From: Paraspadella gotoi
Lineage: Eukaryota; Animalia; Chaetognatha
Reading direction: 5' to 3'
Assembly (NCBI GenBank): GCA_051294375.1
Contig: CM119271.1
Location: 5,041,894 to 5,053,374, forward strand
Length of the DNA: 11,481 nucleotides
Position 1 is the first letter of the stretch. Every line of letters begins with the position of its first letter. Under the pieces are notes generated by a model. That model did not search any database and was not told the DNA's origin. It saw only the letters and a program-made list of their open reading frames with translations. The translations under genes and the position numbers were made by a program. Positions 6,201-11,481 of the stretch are shown in pieces.

Positions 6201-7123
6201 TCAACATGACTTAGGAAAGAAAAAATATTTCAAGGCATTCTTGGATATCATGTTTTTTAAAGAAATAATTTACTTCTTTATTGGTCGTACTAATTTCATA
6301 AAACTTAATTCTTGTAACAAAAAATACTTTCACCTAAAATCTCTATCGATTAGCTACCAACTACGCCATGACGCAAGTTCTCAAAGCCGACAATTCCTTC
6401 AAGTTCGTTCGAAGCTTCAAAACCCGAGTTTTCGCCGTTTATCATTTACCGACAACTTGGGAAATTGGGAGATACTTGTGCCGATACTTGGGCGGAGACT
6501 TGGCATCGTTTACTGATCCGAACGCCTATGCATTTATGTAAGCGACGCTATTGATATTAATAAGCTTTAAAGCGTACTGTATAACCTTACCGCCAAACAC
6601 TTTGCGTTTCAGACATAAAGAAGTTAACTCATGGTGCAATTATTGTAATTTATGGATCGGAGGCTACAGGGATGAAAGTTCCGGTCATATGAACGAAACA
6701 AACACTGAAGGATTTGAGGCATGCATATTATAATGTATATTATACATAATGTAATACATTATATTATGTATATTGTCTAACAAAGTTGTCGACAAAGTGT
6801 TTGTTTTTTTTTGTACCAAAAATCATGGTTTGTTTTATCGTATCACATAGTTATAAATTTAAGTGTAAAATAGTAAAACAAGTAATCTTGCAATTTTCAT
6901 AATCTTATTAAGATTAAGATGTTAATGTTAATGTTAAGATTAATCTTAATTTCAGTGGGTAGATGGAACGAAAATATCATCCACTCACTCCTCTTGGCAA
7001 GATGTGTTCCCAGCTTCGGGCAATTGCCTGCAAATGATCTATACTTCTCAATGGTCAGTCGACGACTCGTGGATAAATAGGAGTTGCAACAAACATTTCG
7101 CTCCAATTTGCGAGTTCTTTTAA
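3168..7123 (+). CDS. Gene 2: stonustoxin/neoverrucotoxin-like MACPF pore-forming protein fused to FN3, Cys-rich repeats and C-type lectin-like domain (about 967 aa). Exons ~3168-3250, 3315-3374, 3437-3475, 3544-3677, 3810-5943, 6354-6537, 6613-6718, 6956-7123
   Basis: Spliced N-terminus GRHFRLG-DLYDAKTDTILKG-PKLW...KSSEMDIEANLK-LSFLSGLVQVSGSAKYL follows the stonustoxin N-terminal motifs (GRPFTLGMLYD, MDIEASL, SFLGGLVEVGGSAKYL). All intron phases are compatible. The ATG is one base out of frame with exon 1. Confidence 0.88.
3315..3677 (+). CDS. Gene 2 exons 2-4 (3315-3374, 3437-3475, 3544-3677): SNTX MACPF N-terminus
   Basis: GT-AG introns of 62 and 68 nt (ttctag and tttcag acceptors) join GRHFRLG, DLYDAKTDTILKG and PKLWKDSRL...FEVSSSDRLDEKSSEMDIEANLK. 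Confidence 0.87.
3810..5943 (+). CDS. Gene 2 exon 5 (nearly all of the 704-aa ORF): SNTX MACPF (to ~4346), helical (~4347-4706), thioredoxin-like (~4707-5111), FN3 (~5112-5420), Cys-rich repeats (~5427-5858), linker
   Basis: Acceptor ctccag|3810. Motifs SGSAKYL, ATHVVTAITYGAGAVFVFD, SCKFFGD, VPMEVWLYP, LLPRIRGG match stonustoxin (ATHVVTSILYGANAFFV, SCKFHGD, VPMKVWL). FN3 motifs PSEP...W..P...Y...NLQPSKTYFFTVSA. Donor CTAG|GTCTGT at 5944; unspliced, the frame stops at 5949-5951. Confidence 0.93.
5427..5858 (+). repeat. Eight tandem Cys-rich coding repeats (CPxGT[YF]...CxxC), ephrin-receptor-like/GCC2-GCC3 type
   Basis: CPPGTY, CRPGTF, CPQGTF, CPSGTY, CPKGTY, CPAGTF, CFVGFF, CPPGTT; 16 Cys, units mostly 17 or 20 aa. 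Confidence 0.88.
6004..6009 (+). promoter_or_regulatory. Possible intronic polyadenylation signal (AATAAA)
   Basis: AATAAA 52 nt after the read-through stop at 5949-5951, with T/GT-rich sequence near 6110-6160. The AT-rich context makes chance occurrence plausible. Confidence 0.3.
6354..7123 (+). CDS. Gene 2 exons 6-8 (6354-6537, 6613-6718, 6956-7123): C-type lectin-like domain
   Basis: Spliced: TWEIGRYLCRYLGGDLASFTDPNAYAF-I-HKEVNSWCNYCNLWIGGY...GFE-WVDGT...SW...NCLQM...WINRSCNKHFAPICEFF*. It has the CTLD W..C...GGxLAS, WIG, FxWxDGT and ICE motifs and the four core Cys. Confidence 0.87.
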
Positions 7124-7470
7124 GCCGTAAAAAATATTTCGTAATTTTTTGAAAATTATTATTGTGCGAAGGATTTTTAAAAAATTTCGTTGGAATAATA
7201 TTGTAACTAGAAATTAGTTAACAATTTGATTTGAAGTATTAAATTTAATTTTGACTTAACCGAATTCCTGAGATCGAATTAAAGACAGAGGTTGACAAAA
7301 AAAAACAACAAAAAACCAGAAAGCAAAACAAATAAATAATGATAAAAGCTAAGACGACAGAAACAAGACCGAACCAACGACAATGAGGACATTAAAGAGG
7401 ATTTCGATTTCTTTCGTTCCACCAATGGTTCCACGCCTGCCTCTTTTTCGCAATCCGTTAAGGAGATAAT

Positions 7471-7902
7471 CGTCGTCGTCGTCGTCGTCATGGCAACATT
7501 AGTCCGGAAGCGATTAGCGAAATCGAAAAGCAAAACTCTGGAAATTTCAAAGGAAAAGATTCGCGGATGCGCGGTTTTTTTTTGTGGTTTCGATGGGAGA
7601 TGCGATGAGCAGATGCAGTGATGCTGTTTTGGAGATTCGAGTCGAGCCAATGGATTCTCTCNNNNNNNNNNNNNNNNNNNNNNNNNNNNNNNNNNNNNNN
7701 NNNNNNNNNNNNNNNNNNNNNNNNNNNNNNNNNNNNNNNNNNNNNNNNNNNNNNNNNNNNNNNNNNNNNNNNNNNNNNNNNNNNNAAAAACGCGAATTTC
7801 CCGACTCGTGACGGCGTCGTTAGGCGGAAGTGGGCGTGGAGCGTGAAGTCACGTGACCCGAAGAAAACGACGACGACGACGATGAGAGAGACGACGACGA
7901 CG
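7471..7902. repeat. Short (GTC)n/(GAC)n trinucleotide microsatellites at ~7471-7488, ~7867-7882, ~7891-7902
   Basis: cgtcgtcgtcgtcgtcgtc; acgacgacgacgacga; acgacgacgacg. Confidence 0.75.
7824..7857. promoter_or_regulatory. Candidate promoter motif cluster (ETS, Sp/KLF GC-box, palindromic E-box)
   Basis: GCGGAAGTG 7824-7832, GGGCGTGG 7832-7839 and GTCACGTGAC 7848-7857 within 34 nt of CpG-rich sequence. Confidence 0.35.
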
Positions 7903-8190
7903 ATTTGTGTTTCGCTCGCCATTTCACTCGGACACTTTTTTTTTTTCTTCGGGACGATTTTCTCTTTCTCGGTTGACCTCGGCAAGGAAGAAAGTCTACT
8001 GATCGCTGATCACTGGTTTGACTTAGAACGTGACTGTTTGTATCCGCGAACGACTCGAGAGTTTAGTGATCGATTCAATTATTCTTTGGTTAAAAAAAAA
8101 ACAATCGCAGGGTGATCATTATTCTATTGATAAAAAACTAATTTTTAAACCAGTTAAAATCAGTTTTCTCTCCTTATCGGTCAATTCTTA

Positions 8191-8270
8191 AGAAGAGAAA
8201 GAATGTGAGAGGGAGAGGGCGGGAGTAGAGATAGGGAGAGAGAGAGAGGGAGAGAAGGAGAGAGAGAAGG
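8191..8270 (+). repeat. (GA)-rich polypurine low-complexity tract
   Basis: agaagagaaagaatgtgagagggagag...agagagagagggagagaaggagagagagaagg. Confidence 0.75.
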
Positions 8271-8624
8271 CGCGTCGTTAAAAATCTAAAAAAACTTTCA
8301 CGACGGAAGATCGTCTTTGTATTCTGTATTAGCTCGACCACTACGCTAATATTTCAGCCTTTGTCCCGCTACCCACCCATTCTAGTTTTTACTCCCCCAC
8401 TCCAATTTTTTGAATAAACTCATTTAATTTTCGAATTGACTCCATCCACTCATCAACTCTCTCACACACTGACTTATTCTCTCACCCACTCACCAATTCC
8501 TTCACCCACTCTCTCGCCGACTCCGAATTCTCCTCCCAAACATTTGCATTCCTCGTCTCCGCCGAAAAAGAGATTTGCTTCGATTTCCATCGCGCCCCAT
8601 CGATCATCCATCTTTGATTCGAGG

Positions 8625-8693
8625 CGCCACGCAGCGTCACGCAGCGCCACGCCATGTAACGCTAAGCTACGCCACGCGAAGCCTAGTCACGCC
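8625..8693 (+). repeat. Degenerate 5-nt-period tandem repeat (cgcca/cgcag/cgtca)
   Basis: cgcca cgcag cgtca cgcag cgcca cgcca tgtaa cgcta agcta cgcca cgcga agcct agtca cgcc. Confidence 0.65.
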
Positions 8694-10711
8694 CTCTTTC
8701 CCTGCAGCAACGCTACCCCTAGTTCTCTCCTCTCATNNNNNNNNNNNNNNNNNNNNNNNNNNNNNNNNNNNNNNNNNNNNNNNNNNNNNNNNNNNNNNNN
8801 NNNNNNNNNNNNNNNNNNNNNNNNNNNNNNNNNNNNNNNNNNNNNNNNNNNNNNNNNNNNNNNNNNNNNNNNNNNNNNNNNNNNNNNNNNNNNNNNNNNN
8901 NNNNNNNNNNNNNNNNNNNNNNNNNNNNNNNNNNNNNNNNNNNNNNNNNNNNNNGATTGAAGCGATTCAAATCTTATCCTCTCGCGATGAGTGGAGCGCC
9001 GTCCCTCAAGACCTTTGAATTCACCGACTCTCCTTCGTTCCCACTCGAAGGTGGGATTCGAATTGAAGCAAAGTTCTTCACTTTCGTTCCAACCCGTGAT
9101 TGGAGCGATACGAATTTCCAGCGAGTTTATACTTACCCTTCTAACTTTACGTTCACATCGCCCCCTTATTCACGAGCGGGGAAACCGACTAATCTTTCAC
9201 TCCTGCCATCCTTACCAATTTCACAACTCACTCAAGGCACTCCCTACAGTTTTCACAAGTTCACTCTCCTTGGGCTTAATCCCTTCGCGACCACTCTTCC
9301 ACCCTTGCCCACTCTAACACCACCTTCCCCCGCTACCCTCTCTCTACCGATGATTTGCATACGATCGATTCACGCGCGCGCGTTTCAAAAAAAAAAAAAA
9401 AAAANNNNNNNNNNNNNNNNNNNNNNNNNNNNNNNNNNNNNNNNNNNNNNNNNNNNNNNNNNNNNNNNNNNNNNNNNNNNNNNNNNNNNNNNNNNNNNNN
9501 NNNNNNNNNNNNNNNNNNNNNNNNNNNNNNNNNNNNNNNNNNNNNNNNNNNNNNNNNNNNNNNNNNNNAAGAAAGAAAAAGAAATAAAAAGAAAAAGAAA
9601 AGAAAAATCGGTTCGACTCCGCCTCTTCCGTTCGTCCTCGCCCTTCACCCTTTGCTTCCAGCGCCATCTTGCATTTCTTTTCAATTTTGAAGAAGAGAGG
9701 AAGGATGGGGGAGGGAGAGGGNNNNNNNNNNNNNNNNNNNNNNNNNNNNNNNNNNNNNNNNNNNNNNNNNNNNNNNNNNNNNNNNNNNNNNNNNNNNNNN
9801 NNNNNNNNNNNNNNNNNNNNNNNNNNNNNNNNNNNNNNNNNNNNNNNNNNNNNNNNNNNNNNNNNNNNNNNNNNNNNNNNNNNNNNNNNNNNNNNNNNNN
9901 NNNNNNNNNNNNNNNNNNNNNNNNNNNNNNNNNNNNNNNNNNNNNNNNNNNNNNNNNNNNNNNNNNNNNNNNNNNNNNNNNNNNNNNNNNTGATAAAGAA
10001 ATGAAAGTCGCAATTTAGGTTTAAATTTCAATTCATTCGTTGGATTTTTATATTTATTTTGCTTTTCATTTCTCGGGTATAGGAGCAATTATTAAACAAA
10101 CAAACTATCAAAAACAAACAAAAAATACAAAACGTATAGACACTTTTTCCGGTTTTTTTTCTCTTTTTTTATTATTATTTGTTTCTTTCTTTTTTTATTT
10201 CTTACCCTATTTTCTTCACCCCTTTTTATTATATTTTTTTCTGAAGTGATGTTGGTTGNNNNNNNNNNNNNNNNNNNNNNNNNNNNNNNNNNNNNNNNNN
10301 NNNNNNNNNNNNNNNNNNNNNNNNNNNNNNNNNNNNNNNNNNNNNNNNNNNNNNNNNNNNNNNNNNNNNNNNNNNNNNNNNNNNNNNNNNNNNNNNNNNN
10401 NNNNNNNNNNNNNNNNNNNNNNNNNNNNNNNNNNNNNNNNNNNNNNNNNNNNNNNNNNNNNNCAAAGAGAGATTTTTCCATTTCCCCGGTAAGCCTAATA
10501 TCTTTTCCAGAATTTTAGTGGTTGAATTTGATCCCAACGACTGTCGTTGATTGGTCGGGAGATTAATCCCTTCGACGTCGCGAGTCCAAAATCGGCGCCC
10601 GCTGATTGGTTCGTCGAAACGGTGCAGAGGAACGCAAAACGGCGTGAAACTCTAATGGCGGACCAGGTCTTGATTAAGGCATAATCACGCCCAGGATTCG
10701 ATTCCAGTTGC

Positions 10712-11205
10712 AAAGGAAAAGGGGGGAAGGGAAAAGGGGAAAGAGAGGAAGGAAGAGAGAGGGGAAAGAGAGGGGAAAGAGAAGAAGAGGGGAAAGAGAG
10801 AGGAAAGATGAGGGGAGGAGAAAGAGAGGAAGAGGGGAAAGAGAGGGGAAGGAGAAGAAGAGGGGAAAGAGAGGAGGGGAGAGAGAGAGAGGAAAAGAGA
10901 AGTGGTAGGGAAAGAGAGAAGAGATAGAAGGAGACAGAGAGATGAAGGAGGTAAGGGAGAAAAATAGTAAACGTCTGGAAATGAAAAAGGGAACAAAGTG
11001 TTTGAGGGAAAGTTGAAAGAGACAGGGAGAAGTTAAACCGGAGAAAGAGTGAACATTTGTGGAAAATAGAAAAGGATTGACTATGGTCTATGGTCCATAG
11101 TATGGACATTGGACAGTATGGACTGTAATGGAATAGAGAGAGGAGAGAGGAGAGGAGATGGGAGAGGAGAGAGAGAGTCGAGAAGAGGGAGTAAAGGGAG
11201 AGAAA
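10712..11205 (+). repeat. Long polypurine (GA-rich) low-complexity region with recurring gaggggaaagaga units
   Basis: Almost pyrimidine-free from 10712 to ~10960 and again ~11135-11200. It accounts for the Leu/Ser/Pro/Phe-rich minus-strand ORFs. Confidence 0.85.
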
Positions 11206-11481
11206 CTCGGAAAATGAAAACGACAGTTGACGACGTGAAAAAAAAATTCTTTCGGTTTGAAATGCGAAAATTTTATTTACTAACAAACAAACAAAAAGTT
11301 GTGATCGAAAAGAGGAAAAATCTAAAATCGGTGGACCATAAATAACGTGAAAGGTGTCACGGCTCACGACGCTTTCTAACCACGAGAATGACAACAACCA
11401 CGACAACTACAATTCGTTGGACGGTGCGGAAAAAACGTTCGCGTGCCCGAGCACCTCGCCAGGTGAGAGACAGAGAGAGAG

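Noticed and set aside
6196-6516. 106-aa ORF
   Set aside because: Off-frame; the real exon 6354-6537 is in another frame and encodes the CTLD start.
6725-6950. AT-rich palindromes and (TGTTAA)3 in the last intron of gene 2
   Set aside because: Expected by chance or slippage in very AT-rich sequence; no element boundaries.
8542-9360. Two octamer motifs ATTTGCAT (8542, 9353) as snRNA-type enhancers
   Set aside because: No recognisable snRNA or proximal element nearby; compatible with chance.
7279-10537. Numerous ORFs spanning N runs or simple repeats, including 8957..10018
   Set aside because: Open only because of Ns or low complexity; no recognisable domains or consistent splice structure.
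10495-11406. 303-aa hydrophobic minus-strand ORF resembling a membrane protein
   Set aside because: Translation of a CT-rich low-complexity strand (L/S/P/F), not a credible protein.
11388-11462. Possible first exon ATG...CAG|GTGAG (MTTTTTTTIRWTVRKKRSRARAPRQ)
   Set aside because: Good donor, but short, low-complexity and at the window edge; cannot be supported.
1-11481. CRISPR array, tRNA/rRNA genes, transposase or other prokaryotic systems
   Set aside because: No repeat-spacer structure, RNA gene motifs or transposase motifs seen; the sequence has spliceosomal gene structure.

Overview
Eukaryotic, probably invertebrate animal, genomic DNA: short AT-rich spliceosomal introns, GC-rich exons and eight N-gaps. 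The first 7.1 kb holds two tandem + strand paralogs about 130 nt apart that encode stonustoxin/neoverrucotoxin-like (SNTX, MACPF/CDC) pore-forming proteins. Manual splicing extends the 704-aa ORF into an 8-exon gene of about 967 aa (3168-7123). Its layout is: putative signal peptide, SNTX MACPF, helical (FAT-like), thioredoxin-like, FN3, eight Cys-rich CPxGT repeats, helical linker, C-type lectin-like domain (CTLD). The ORF track shows only fragments of the CTLD. The upstream paralog (5'-truncated, 41-3034) has the same layout where visible, four extra introns and a frameshifted last exon. Three introns appear to use non-GT donors (two GC, one GA). From 7.1 kb on, the window is gappy, low-complexity and apparently non-coding, with two motif clusters that may be regulatory. 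All family assignments come from motif recognition, not database searches.
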